NCBI GenBank assembly: GCA_002189035.1
Contig: CM007990.1
Span: 1,426,001 to 1,490,000 of the forward strand
Length of the DNA stretch: 64,000 bases
Direction of reading: 5' to 3'
Source: Utricularia gibba
Lineage: Eukaryota > Plantae > Magnoliophyta
The position numbers were made by a program, and so were the translations under genes. The notes under the pieces were generated by a model. It was not told the DNA's origin and made no database searches. It saw nothing but the letters and a program-made list of their open reading frames with translations. Shown here piece by piece: positions 1-15,859 of the stretch; within the stretch, counting starts at the first letter, position 1, and each line of letters opens with the position of its first letter.

Positions 1-696
1 GGGCATCATAGACTGGATGCGCCACGGCAACAACTCGCCGCTGTTCGAAATCCTCAGCCAAGCAAGCGCAGACATGGTGGACTTCCACACCACCATGGTC
101 TTCCAGGCTCTCTACTCGGAGCTCAATTACCTCAGAATTCAAGTATATATCCTCCCATCTAACACTCTCACTAGCATCCATCACCCCTCCTTTCGACATT
201 TTTCACGATGGCTCCGTCATCTGCAGGATGATCAACTGACCGGGAGCGAGGATTCAGTAGACCTGTCTACTGCGGAAAACCTGCAACGCCTTGTGAAAAT
301 TGGGCAGCGCCTGCTGACGAACCCGATTTCCAGAGTTAACCTGGACACCGGGTTGACGGAGCCGGTCACCACTGAACTCACCAACAAGGATGCTCTAAAC
401 AGGTACCCTTTCGCATCAAAATCCACTCCATCAATCCAAACAGGAGGATTCATCCATTGACGTTTCTGGGTTCCTTCAGGTTCTCTCGCCTACTGTCAAC
501 TGAAAAAAGGCTGAGGGGAAACGGAAGGGAGGAAGTTGCAGGAGGGAATGGGAGAGTTTCTAGGGGAAGAGTTGGAGTTACAGCATCTGCAAAGTGCAAG
601 ATGATGATGAAACTGAGGCCAGCCATCAACTTCACAGCGATGAACACAAGGCTTTACCACGTAGCGCCGACTGCACCAATCAAAGCATTTTTCTAG
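1..696 (+). CDS. Patatin-like protein (pPLAII-type lipid acyl hydrolase), tandem copy 1, 5'-truncated by the window edge
   Basis: Inferred exons <1-142, 227-402, 480-696 with GT-AG introns. Translation (..[47 protein letters not shown]) is the patatin C-terminal region and is collinear with copy 2. Confidence 0.93.
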
Positions 697-1860
697 ATCT
701 GAGTTTCGTTCATTCTATTCAATTGTTGATTCCTCGTCATGCATTAGATTTCAGCGCAACTGCAGCATCGCTGCGTATACATTTGTTCTTCCAACTTCCT
801 TATCGTGTATGTGATTCACATTCAAAGAAAATGATGTTCAAAACCCAAATGACTCTGAGAAAATACCAAATGCACACAAAATCTGATTGAATTGACTTAT
901 TTTGACGAATTTAAATTGGACAAAATCACTATTTTCGATAATTTTTTTGAATAATAATAATAATAAATACACATACCAATAATCGGATCTTGAAATGATT
1001 ATATGTGCTGAAAATACAATGATTTAAACTGTAAAATAATAAGAAAAAACCGTCATTGCAGAAATATCATATATAATTCGAAATGTGACAGTTCAATTTC
1101 GAAAATTAGCTATTCATGAAACATATTTTTCAGGGTTTAGGGATATTTAGATTTGAGTGTGTGAATTGGATTCATGATTTGAAAAATTATGAGTGTATCT
1201 GATAATTTTAATTTATAATATTAATATTATTTTTTAAATATTAAAATAAAATAATATTTAATTAAAAATTAAACATTTATAAAAAAAATAAAATTAAAAT
1301 GATAATAAAATGATGATGATGATGGTCAGAATTCGAATGATCGATAACAACGTCAATTAATGAATAATGATTGAGCATTCAAAATGAAAATGTACTAAAA
1401 TATGAGAAAATCACATGAATAAATTAGAATTTTGATTAGTTAATTGAAAGAATAAATATTGATTATTATAATTAATTATTAAAAAAAACCAACGTACCGG
1501 ATATGCCACACCAGCAGACCTGCTGGGTGGGAACCAATTGATGATTCCCAGGTTTAGAGTTTATATTTTTATTTATGTCACATGAATATCAATTTATTTA
1601 GTAATTTTAATGGCTAATATTTCATTTATTTGAAACATTCATTATTTTTAATTTTAAATAATACCGAGTACATAGATAAATTCTATAATTCATTTATTTT
1701 TCAATGAGTTTTTTTTATATATAATTAAATTTATTTTAATTATATTATCAAAAATAATTTTTAATTTTAATCATATTTATTTAAATTCAAAATATATATA
1801 AATATTAGCTACTCTACAGAGGAGGCACAAGAGTATCAATTTGTCAACGTCATTCATCAA

Positions 1861-3665
1861 ATGGCTTCACTCAGTTCAACAGCTCAGCTGCCGGAGTACG
1901 ATCATTACATCACAGTCCTGAGCGTCGACGGCGGCGGCGTAAAAGGAATTATCCCCGCCGTGATCCTCGAATTCCTCGAATCTCAGCTTCAAAAGTTGGA
2001 TGGCCCGGATGCGAGAGTAGCCGATTACTTCGACGTCATCGCTGGAACAAGCACCGGTGGCCTCCTCACGGCGATGATCACCGCGCCGGATGCCAACAAC
2101 CGCCCTCTCTACGCCGCTAAGGAATTAACTCCGTTCTACTTCGAAAACTGCCCCAAAATATTCCCCCAAATGAAGTAAGTAACCGATCTAAATTCTTTCT
2201 TTATTTCTAACAGATCGGTTTCATTCAATCTCCTGTTTTAACAGGAGATGGATTCCGTTTGGGAGAGTAGTGAAGTCATTAATGGGACCGCTATATGACG
2301 GCAAGTATCTTCACGGTCTGTTGAAGGAAGATCTGAAGGACACAAAGCTGAGCCAATCCTTGACTAATGTGATCATCCCTGCCTTTGACATCAAGCGCCT
2401 GCAGCCTGTATTCTTCTCCTCCTACGACGTACGTTCTCCATGTTTTCTTTACCGAAAGTGCAATTACTTCCCCATATTTGAACATGGGTAAAGAAGGATG
2501 GTTCCCAGGAGTTGATGTCTGAATTGGTAAAGTGGATTTAGTTACCTAAGTTTATTGGCAGGCAAAGAGATCACCTCTGATGGATCCAAACCTCTCAGAT
2601 GTCTGCATCAGTACTTCTGCAGCTCCAACCATCTTCCCTGCGCACGAGTTCACCACTTCCGATGGAAATGGCAACACCCGGGAGTACCATCTCATCGATG
2701 GAGGGGTCGCTGCGAATAATCCGGTGACAAAACGATCTCCTGTTCATTCATACTCTCAGCTGCATCACCATCTTCTTTGCTGACTGTTCAATCTTGTTAC
2801 CTTGTTAGACTCTGCTTGCAATAACAAATGTGACCAAACAAATGATCCATAGTGAAATCGACTTCTTCCGAATGCGCCCAGTCGACCTGCCCCGTCTGCT
2901 TACATTATCCATCGGAACCGGAGTAGCGAGACTCGACGAGAAGTACGACAGCAAACTTGCGGCAAGATGGAGCATTGTCGACTGGATACACCACGGCAAC
3001 ACTGCACCGTTGTTTGAGATTCTAAACCAAGCAAGTGGAGACATGGTGGACGTCCATAATTCTTTGATCTTCCAGGCTCTTTATTCTGAGCTCAATTATC
3101 TAAGAATTCAAGTACGTTTCCTTTCTGGGTTCTTTCCGACTGATGGGTATCCAGATTTTCATGAAACTGCTGTATGAATGAATGCAGGATGATCAACTAA
3201 GCGGGGCAGAAGCTTCAGTGGACCTTTCCACCATGGAAAATATGGAGCGGCTTGTGAGAATTGGCGAGAGGCTGCTGACGAGCCCCGTTTCTAGAGTTAA
3301 CCTGGACACAGGTTTAACTGAACCAGTCAATTCTGATGTCACCAACAAAGATGCTTTGAACAGGTACACTCCTTTGTTAACTGTGGTGAGCTCATTCGAA
3401 GAAATTCTAACCTTTACGAGCACAAAACGGAGTGATTCCACTGGTTATAAGTAGGAGGGTTGCGTTGTTCAGGTTCGCTCGTTTATTGTCATCTGAGAGA
3501 AGACTAAGAGGAAGAAGAGACGAAGTTGCTGCCGGGAGAGGCAGAGTTGCAGCGGCCGCAAGGGGGAGGATGTTGATGAAAGTGAAGCAAGCCATCGATT
3601 TCTCTGTGATGAATCCAAGACTTAATCTCACTGCTTCAGCTGCACCATTTAAAGCATTTTTCTAG
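1861..3665 (+). CDS. Patatin-like protein (pPLAII-type), tandem copy 2, complete
   Basis: Exons 1861-2174, 2245-2428, 2562-2723, 2809-3111, 3188-3363, 3473-3665. Contains oxyanion DGGGVKG, nucleophile GTSTG (GxSxG) and catalytic DGGV motifs. No signal peptide. Confidence 0.96.
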
Positions 3666-3740
3666 AAAACTATTCTGTTGTGAAGGAACATCTCATTTCT
3701 TAATAATAATGCGATAAGGGTGCGGCGGCGCGTGGGCCAA

Positions 3741-5487
3741 ATGTGCGTCTCCGTCGCCTTGAAATCCCTGAAAGCTTCGGCGCTCATCTCCTGGAGAAGC
3801 GTAAACTTCATTCCAATGAGTCAATTGATTTTCTTCTTAACTGCGAACGCTAACTGATGAAACCGAACCCCTAACTGCAGACGGGAAAACTCCAGCAAAC
3901 GGTGATTCGTGGCGTGGAGAGAACTGGTGTGGGTTTACACTCCGGCAGCGTATCAACCGTCAAGATCCTCCCTGCGGCTGCTCGATATGGGCGGCGCTTC
4001 ATCTTCCGATCGAAAATAATTGCTGCTTCGATTGAAAATGTCTCGAGGGAGACACCTCTATGTACCACACTATCCAAAGATGGCTACACAATTCGCACTG
4101 TAGAACACTTGCTTTCTGCGCTTGAGGCATCTGGTGTCGATAATTGTCTCATTGAGATTGAGGGATCGAGAGATTCTGAAAGTTCAGTTGAGGTTACTGG
4201 TTTTAAAAAACTTGTTTCTGATTATCACCAGTGAACCTTCATTTGTTTTCCTGAGTCACAATCACTGCACAGGTTCCTATTTTTGATGGATCAGCTAGAG
4301 AATGGGTTATGGCAATTGGACAATCTGGACTGGTAGATGCACTAGATAGCAGCAATGGTGACACTTGTGAAAAGCTTGCGCCATATCTCACTGAACCAGT
4401 TTGTGTGATGAGAAATGATTCCTTTATAACAGCCTTCCCTCATTCCGATGTGAATATCACATATGGAATCCACTTCCCTCAGGCAATTTTTTTGAGCTTA
4501 TGGCAAGCATAGTATTCTTATTCTGCACCCATGAGCTGTTTCTTAGATTGTTGTAATTTTTTCATTTCAGGCACCTGCTATTGGACGCCAGTGGTTCTCT
4601 TCTACCATGTCTGATAAATCTTATGCTGAGAAAATTGCTTCTTGTAGAACTTTCTGCATTTTTGAGGAGGTAATATTATGACATGTCATCTATCTTTTCT
4701 CTGCTCACTGTGAATTTTGGTAAATGGAAATCACTTTGTTGTATTTTTCGATCTCTGAAAAAATGTGCTGGAAGCACAGAAGTGTTGGGGCATATAAGTG
4801 CTTCGAGATGGTTTGTTTGTTGTGAGGCACTAAGAGATCAAGATACACTGAATTTTGAAAAGAACATGTGCTGTTGGTCACTAGGGTCTGTTGTAATTTT
4901 CAAAAGGAACTTAGAGCGGCATAAAACTCTACCATTGTCTGCCTCTGGTTTACTATTGATTGATCAAGTCTTTGCAGGTTGAACATATGAGAAATTCAGG
5001 GCTCATAAAAGGAGGTTCCCCAGATGTGGCCATCGTATGCAGGTGTGATGCACACCACATTTCGTTTGATGCACATCACTTTTCGTGATGCATAATGGAT
5101 CAGCTGCCTTTGCAGTGTCAACAATGGGTGGTTAAATCCCCTCTGCGTTTCAATGATGAACCTTGCAGGCACAAGGTCCTGGACTTCATTGGCGATATGT
5201 CCCTTCTTGCTCAAGATGGCAATCAGGGGCTTTTGGTAGCGAATGTTGTTGCGTATAAGGTCAGCCCCATTCCACATGCTCCCTCCTTGTAAGATACTGC
5301 GGATTAAGTGTGGCCCCAGGGTGAAAAGTTTGTATCATATTACCTTGAGGCAGTATATGGATAGTTTTAACCAACTTTCTTCCTGAAAAGTGGATGATTT
5401 TAGTGCTGAGCCGTTAATTTCTGATGACAGGGAGGACATTCACTGCATGCTGAGTTTCTTCACCGCCTACTAGGAAACCAACCGTAG
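3741..5487 (+). CDS. LPXC: UDP-3-O-acyl-N-acetylglucosamine deacetylase (plant LpxC, probably mitochondrial)
   Basis: Exons 3741-3800, 3881-4192, 4273-4482, 4571-4669, 4978-5042, 5116-5259, 5431-5487. Motifs GLHSG, TVEHLLSAL, VPIFDGSA, RTFC, CRHKVLDFIGD, GGHSLH are all present. Intron 3 needs a GC donor. Confidence 0.95.
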
Positions 5488-5847
5488 GATGAATAGCGTT
5501 GTTCTGTTTCTTGCTTCATTTACAGTGGTGACATAATAGAATTAGACTCATTTTTTGTGAGCATTTATGCCTATGATCTAAATGTGCTCCATGCAGATTG
5601 TTGAATAACAAAGATTTCTTTTTCCTATAGACATATGTATATCCAGGAAGCAGTATAGCACAAGATCATATTTTGTGGAAAAGATAAACTGATCCACCTC
5701 CAGGGTATCCATCAGAATGTCCTTTGGTCTGGTTTCTGTTGATTCCATGCATTTTTCCTACTGAGCCAGCTATGATCAGTACACCATATGATCAATTAGG
5801 GAGGAAGTGTAATAAACTGTATATACCTCATCGGTTTCACCTGCATT

Positions 5848-7914
5848 TCAGACTTGAGTATTCCCCTTGAGGATGTTGAACTTGCAAAGAGGGCATGTTG
5901 CGTTCATTTTAAGCCACTTCACAATGCAAGCTGAGTGATAGTGATGGTTACAGGGAAGAGCAGTGAGTTCAGTTCCATCCTCGTATGTGTTCAGACAGAT
6001 AGAGCATTCCTGAAACACGCAAAGAGGAACAAACTGGAAACGTTATGCCCTGATGTGTCAGGATGCTTGAGGAGCGGCAACAGAACTAATGAACTGTCTA
6101 GACCCTGAACAGAGATCTCATGCCATGATACTAATGAGCTGCAGCATTAGAAAACTCATAGGTCACTTACCGCATCCTCTGGCAACAGAACTCGCTCATT
6201 GGTTGTGTAGCCGCTGGTCGTCTCGAGAGGAATCATTTTTCCAGCTACGATTTCCTTCCTACCCTCATCCTTGCAGGCTTGAAATCCGTACTTGGGAAGT
6301 GTACTCAGATCCGCATCTGTTGCACCTTCCTGCTTATTGAAGTAAAAATGTGAACACCGTCTGCTGATACAAGACTTTTGATGATATTCAGAAAGGTGAA
6401 GAAACAGAAAGTATCCCGGATTCTCCCTGTTGCCAAAATTTGTACCTGGCCAGCAATAGCATAGAGAATGGCTATGATGCATGGTAAACAGCAGCAGAGA
6501 GCAATGCCGAGAAAGCATGCTAAGACAACGCATAATAAGGCAAAGATCACATCAAATGCCAGGAACACCACAGTCAACCTGCAGGGGCCACAAAATTGGA
6601 GATTTTGAGCTTCATTCTCGTTGATATAAGAAAAAATTCACAGTGAGATAAGATTTAGTATAGCATATCACTACATGATCCCTAAACATGAAGTGGACGA
6701 AGGACCAGCTAAGTATCCCTGGTTACACTAAATTTACATGAGTGCCGATTTAAGAAAAAATTCTACTGCTTGGTTTATAATTGAGTGCGGACAGCCACGA
6801 AGAAACTATTCTAAAAATCTTAAGGTGATATCACTGCGGGTGGGTGATTGAAATATTGTCACCCCGTGTAGCGGGGTTATGTGGTGGCAATGGTGAAAGT
6901 AGAAGGGCGGGTTGCAAAGACCAGGGTGAAGCATATAAGAGCTCTGTACAGCATCAGCCATAAATGTAAAATTATTCGCACTGGGGAACTTACCAATACA
7001 GACGAGGAGCACCCTGGAGAAGAGCATCGCCGCCCAAGGTAATCCAGTAAATCCCAACTATCCACCACACAAATGATGCCATTGTGTTTAAAGATTCACA
7101 TCGCTTCAACCTTGAGGATTGCCACCAAAGCACATGAAAAACAAGAAGACCAAGTTAATTTGATGTAAAAGAAAGCCAAAGTGTGTCTCTTTGGAAAGCA
7201 TTCAGCTGCAGTTTTGTTGTAGAAACTGCGGGAAATTCAGCAATGTAATTGGCCTACACTACTGAGCCAGGTTCAAGCTGGCTCAATCCTCAAAACTGAT
7301 CAGGCCAAAAAATGGAGAAGGCTAAAACCATGAAGTGAAACATATAAACCAATTCAATAAAGGAACCAACAACGGCGACAGCATGATGAATCAGAATGTG
7401 CAAACCTTGTATTGTTCGCGCGACCAAGGTGCCCAACTCTGTCTTCGTTCTCTTCTTCGCTTTCAATCAAAATTTCCTCATCCGTGCTCCCATCATCAAC
7501 CCCGCTTCTTTCCTGCCTCGAATTCCGCCTCCGGAATTCAATCCACACAAGAAGAATATGCACCAGGCACTGAAGCGCATACCCACAAACCCAAACCCTA
7601 ATTGGCACATTGGGTTCCTCCTGTATAGTGCAAAACAGCATAACTATCGTCACAATCACGAACCCCAGATTCCACATGATGTCGAGCGCGACAACAGGCT
7701 TCGAGTACCCCCAATCAGCCCGGCGTTCCTCAAGCTCACGCGCCGCAGTCTCACGGACGAGAATCGATGTTCCGCCGCGTCGCTGAGCTGTGGATGCCGC
7801 CCTGGAGAGAAGGAGGTAAAGATTCGGCGGACTAGATGCCGCCTCCGGCTGCCGCGGTCGCAGCAGCTGCAGGAGCGGAGCCTCTGGAGGCGATTGTGGT
7901 GCGTTTGAAGACAT
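5848..7914 (-). CDS. Transmembrane RING-H2 E3 ubiquitin ligase (At4g11680/At1g12760-like family)
   Basis: Five exons. N-terminal [25 protein letters not shown] segments with CCCLPCIIA, and a C-terminal exon 5848-6009 encoding C3H2C3 ([18 protein letters not shown]). Confidence 0.94.
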
Positions 7915-8218
7915 GCGAGCAATCTCAAAACCTCAATCGTTTCAGGTTCGACTGAAGGAGAAGAGGAAGGAGCAACACTGTTCGATGGCGTTTAGTGGAT
8001 AGAAACTACAAATTTGATACTTCTGGGAGCTATATATAATTCACATATAGTATTTGGGATGTAAGTATAATAAACCAAATATTGGGGGACCAAAAGTAGA
8101 TACCCACAAAGTTTATTTGCGTCCTCGACCGTTATATATTCAGAAGCCAAAATGATCCAACAGTCATTTTCTTCACCTCATTTTGCGTGTATCTTCATTC
8201 TTCGGATGATCTGCCGAA

Positions 8219-11200
8219 ATGGCGACAATGGAAAGCTTGATCGGGTTGGTGAATCGCATCCAGAGAGCTTGCACTGTGCTAGGCGATCATGGAGGAGAAG
8301 GAATGTCACTCTGGGAAGCTTTACCTTCCGTCGCCGTCGTTGGCGGCCAGGTATGGCTCTTCTCATAATGTATTCTCTTTTTGAATGATTTCATGTTATT
8401 TACATACATCTGATCAATGTAGAGCTCTGGTAAATCATCGGTTCTCGAAAGCGTGGTTGGCAGAGACTTCCTTCCTCGTGGATCCGGTATTATCTCACTT
8501 TCTTTTTTTATATATCAAATCGATGTCGCTTTTTTTGAACTTTTACCTGTTTATCGTGGTGATTATCAATGATTCTTATGAAGATAGCATGATATGAGTA
8601 GTAACATTGATTATCATACTTATGAGTTCACAAGGCTTTCTGATTGGTGATCATTATAGCCATTTGTGGGGATAAAGTACGTTTTGCTGACACTAAATCA
8701 TTGTTGTCTCTGCCTTCATTTTCTTCCTGATGCTTACTGATCCTTGAAGAGTATACTAGTGTGTCAAATTGAACGAACGCTAGGTATTTGTGTTTTATTA
8801 CTCAAGGCATTGTGACAAGGAGACCATTGGTTCTGCAACTTCACAAGATAGAAGGGCAATCCGAGTATGCCGAGTTTTTACATGCACCAAGAAAGAAATT
8901 CAGTGACTTTGGTAAATCCTGTGCTGTTACGCCTACAAACATTTGAAATATGGTTAAATTAGGCATGCAGTTTTTGCATATCAATAAGCATTTTTGGATT
9001 GTGTAGCTTCCGTTCGTCAAGAGATATCAGAAGAAACAGATCGGATAACAGGAAAGACCAAACATATATCTAATATCCCGATCCATTTGAGCATCTATTC
9101 TCCCAATGGTTAGTCCCTTGACTTCTCTGATAGAGTGACAGTAATCTCATTCTCTATTCTGAACTTTTTTTCTGCAAGGCCATCTCATACTATGGAATCA
9201 AAATCCATGTTTCTTTTTCAAAAAACAAAAAAAACATATGTTTGCTACGCTAAAAGTGCTGAAAATCTCAGAAGGCAATGCATATCTTGAATGAAAAAAA
9301 GTGGCAGTTGGTACATCCAGATGATGTTCTCTCACTACCTCGTACTTTAGACACTTAATTTCTAACTGAACATGTTTCTCATGTGAACTCAAATTTCTTT
9401 TGCATGCAGTTGTGAATTTAACTCTCATTGATCTTCCTGGATTAACAAAGGTCGCAGTCGGTGAGCAAAGAAATTTCTCTCATATAGGATATCACTGAGC
9501 ATCTACTTCAGTTTTCTAATTAAGAAAGTTTAAAACCTAATGCCCACGTGTTACTTCCAGAGGGACAGCCAGATACTATTGTTCAAGATATTGAAATGAT
9601 GGTCCGCTCTTATGTTGAGAAGGTAGAATCAGTGTTTTTTACATCACAGCATTTAAGAAAGAAAATCCTATTGATTTCTTCTGACATCCAAACTCCACAA
9701 TCATTGGAAAATACTGCAGCATGTTCGCAAGTTACAGCTCACATATTTTAGCATCAATTTTCGACACTTGATTTACCTTCCTTTTGGTCTAAAAAAATAT
9801 TAAGCTTCTCATATTTCGTATGGTATTTGTAGCCAAACTGCATCATTTTAGCCATATCCCCAGCCAATCAAGACATAGCAACTTCTGATGCGATAAAGCT
9901 TGCAAGAGAAGTCGATCCATCTGGTGATTACTTCTTCTAATCTTCCTGCTCATCTATTTACGCATGAACTTCATGCAGCTTTGGATAAGTGAACATACTA
10001 ATATATTTTTTTATCCTTCCTGCTTTTAGGTGAAAGAACGTTTGGAGTGTTGACTAAACTTGACTTAATGGACAAGGGAACCAACGCTCTTGATGTATAA
10101 GCGCTTTCTCTTGGCGGATCATTATTAACCATAGTTTTTCATGTGTCCCAATATCATTTTTTTCAATTAACTTTGTAGGTACTGGAAGGTAGAGCTTACA
10201 GGCTTCAGCATCCGTGGGTGGGAATAGTGAACCGTTCACAAGCTGACATTAATAAGAATGTCAATATGATCTCCGCTCGTCAAAAAGAAAAGGAATATTT
10301 TGAATCCAGTCCCGAGTATGGACACCTTGCTCATAAAATGGGCTCTGAGTATCTAGCAAAACTTCTGTCAGAGGTAATATTGCAAACTCACTTGCACTAC
10401 GTTGTTGATTTAATATTTACTTGGTTTCATATGACTGCATCAGCATCTAGAGAGGGTGATCAGGCAACGCATCCCCAGCATCATTGCCTTGATAAATAAG
10501 ACCATTGATGAGCTAAATGCAGAGTTGGACCGTATTGGTCGACCAATTGGAGTCGATGGAGGGGTAAGGCACAATAAAAAACAATATCATTTAATCTTCA
10601 AATACCATTTTGGAGTATTTTTCACAAACTTAGAGATTTTGTGAACACAGGCACAACTGTACACAATTTTGGAAATGTGTCGAGCATTTGATCGTATCTT
10701 TAAAGAGCATCTTGATGGAGGGTAATCTTCAAATCCATGACCTCTTACCTGCATATTTATAGAGCCTTGTCACAAGGCTGGGTCTGTTTTGGCATCGCTT
10801 GATATTCCTATGTGTAAAATTTCATCTCCTCACTTCTACCACGTAGAAAGTTCAGAATGTTGGATGCATCAGTCTTCCATCTTCACGGGAGGTAATCTTT
10901 TTTTGCAGGAGACCAGGAGGAGACAGGATATATGGAGTTTTTGATCATCAACTCCCAGCAGCTCTAAAAAAACTACCACTTGATCGCCATCTTTCACAGA
11001 GTAATGTCAGGAAAGTTATCACGGAGGCTGATGGCTACCAGCCTCATTTGATAGCTCCTGAACAAGGATATAGAAGACTGATAGATGGATCATTGGGATA
11101 CTTCAAAGGACCCGCCGAAGCTTCCGTTGATGCCGTACGACATTAATTAACCTTCTAGCAATTCAGTCCATTTTTCCCCCTTGCTAATTTTATTGCTCAC

Positions 11201-12035
11201 GCAGGTTCACTTCATTCTGAAGGAACTCGTCAGGAAGTCCATTTCAGAATGCGAAGTAAGTAAGAGAAGTACCAGCAGATTGAAAAGAGCACATATTTCC
11301 CAGTTTTAGCTGAACGTTTTGTGTTTGTTGCAGGAACTGAAACGGTTTCCAACTCTACAGACAGACATAGCAACTGCAGCCAACGACGCGCTTGAGAAAT
11401 TCCGAGATGAGAGCCGCAGGACGGTTCTTCGTCTTGTTGAAATGGAGTCCTCTTACCTCACAGTAGAGTTCTTCAGGAAACTCAACACGGAACCAGAGAA
11501 ACACACGAACGCCTCACATCCCAATTCCGACCGCTACACCGACGATCATATGAGAAGGATCGGTACCCTCTCCATTTTTTTCCCCTATCTTAGCACCAGC
11601 AATTGTTAGTTGACTTTGAAGCCATCAGAGCTAGTAACTTCTATTCATCATCCCATGCAGAACTTGATTGACTTTTCAATTGCAGGTACAAACGTGTCTG
11701 CGTATGTTACCATGGTATGCGACACGTTGAAGACCAGCGTCCCAAAAGCGGTGGTGCATTGTCAAGTTCGTGAGGCCAAAAGATCGCTACTGAATCCATT
11801 CTATGCGCGAGTGGGAACGAGGGAGGTATGTATCACATGCAACTACTACCTACCCCCAACACTAAAGCATGTTTGTCGTAGTGGTTTGATTGTTCTGGAC
11901 CTGATGTAGAAGGAGCAACTTGGTAAAATGCTGGATGAAGATCCATCGCTCATGGCTAAGAGGGACGCCATAGCCAAGAGACTTGAACTCTATAAATCGG
12001 CTCGCGATGAAATCGACTCCGTTGCTTGGAGATGA
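8219..12035 (+). CDS. DRP1C: Dynamin-related protein 1 (phragmoplastin, DRP1C-like)
   Basis: 16 exons joined by GT-AG introns. N-terminus [28 protein letters not shown]; GTPase motifs GGQSSGKS, DLPG, TKLD; C-terminus ..[13 protein letters not shown]. Confidence 0.95.
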
Positions 12036-12701
12036 CGGTAAGATGCTTTCTTCAAAGGAATACACATATGCACTAAACTTCATATAGTAACATTCAATAA
12101 AGTTTTGTTACCAAATATAATAAAGTTAAGAATAAATAAAAATTTATAGATGTTGAAAGAGGCATACTCTTAATTTTTATTTTATTAAAAATCATTTTTT
12201 AAGGAACAGAACTACAAAACCATTAATCATCCAAATGAACATGTTATTTCATTCTCATTATTTGCAGCATATTTCTGTTCCATATCACATTCTTTAAAAT
12301 TTGTAGGTTAACCATGTATCATGTATGTGCCAAAGAAAAAAAAAAAGTGAGTTGCTTGAAGATGATTTCATTCGTACAAATGGAAGAAAAGTGTGTCGGG
12401 ATCCCACTTAAGTTCTGGCACTAAAGATGAATGCTAAAAATCACTTGAGATAAACTGAACTGAATACCTTGTCTGTGTAGTAGTACATGATTTTGGGAAG
12501 GACTCGCCCCAGCAAACAGAGAGCGCCCCGTAGATTATAAGAATACATGATTCAACCAGTAAAAAGAAGAAGCAATGCATACTATATACATACCTTCCTT
12601 GACATCATGATGCTACGAGAAATATGAAAACATGAAGTCATATCAAGAAGTAGAAGGCAAGTGAGCTACCTGCAAGCTTCATGCGTTTAGCAAACGAGGC
12701 T

Positions 12702-15244
<2,543 letters not shown>

Positions 15245-15859
15245 CTGTGCGGTGCCTATGTGTGAAGCTCGACCTCAATCCTAAGCGCAAAAGAGACTCC
15301 TACCGATTGGCTGGAATCTGAATACTATAAAAACTGGAAAAGATCTCGTCCTCCGATTGCGAAATAACCCCTTTTGTTTCAATAAACTACGAAAGTACCA
15401 CTCTTATTTTATTTTGCCTTAAGATCTCATCGAGCATTAGAATATCCTTTACGAGGCGTCCTCCTTCATTATCATACATGGAGGTTTGATAATTTCTCTT
15501 TTAATTTTCGCATGCGATATTTTTTGTTTTAATACTTATACTTAAGTCGAATTTATCTTTGATTTGATTAGAACTTGTTTTTTTTTACGTCTAATCTTGA
15601 ATATCATAAACTATCAATTTCATAAATGACTTTGGAATTCGTTACTAATTTTTATCTTTCAATTGTAGCTCATCTATAATTATTGTATCATATGAATATT
15701 ATATACTGAAAATTATGTAAAGAATTTTTGCTTAAAAGAAAGTAAGCTTATCGAGCAAGCATTTCCGTTTCAAGGGGAATATGGCAGTTTTGTAAATAAT
15801 TGAGAACTCGAGGGGCTAATGTCGGAGGTCAATCGGTTTCTGATTCGATGGTATGGGGC

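Noticed and set aside
3741-5487. LpxC as bacterial contamination or recent horizontal transfer
   Set aside because: It has six spliceosomal introns and an N-terminal extension, and land plants are known to carry nuclear LpxC.
7396-7908. 170-aa plus-strand ORF, and similar long ORFs at 13078-13530, 26161-26556 and 46161-46637
   Set aside because: These are antisense shadows of real coding exons with no recognisable motifs.
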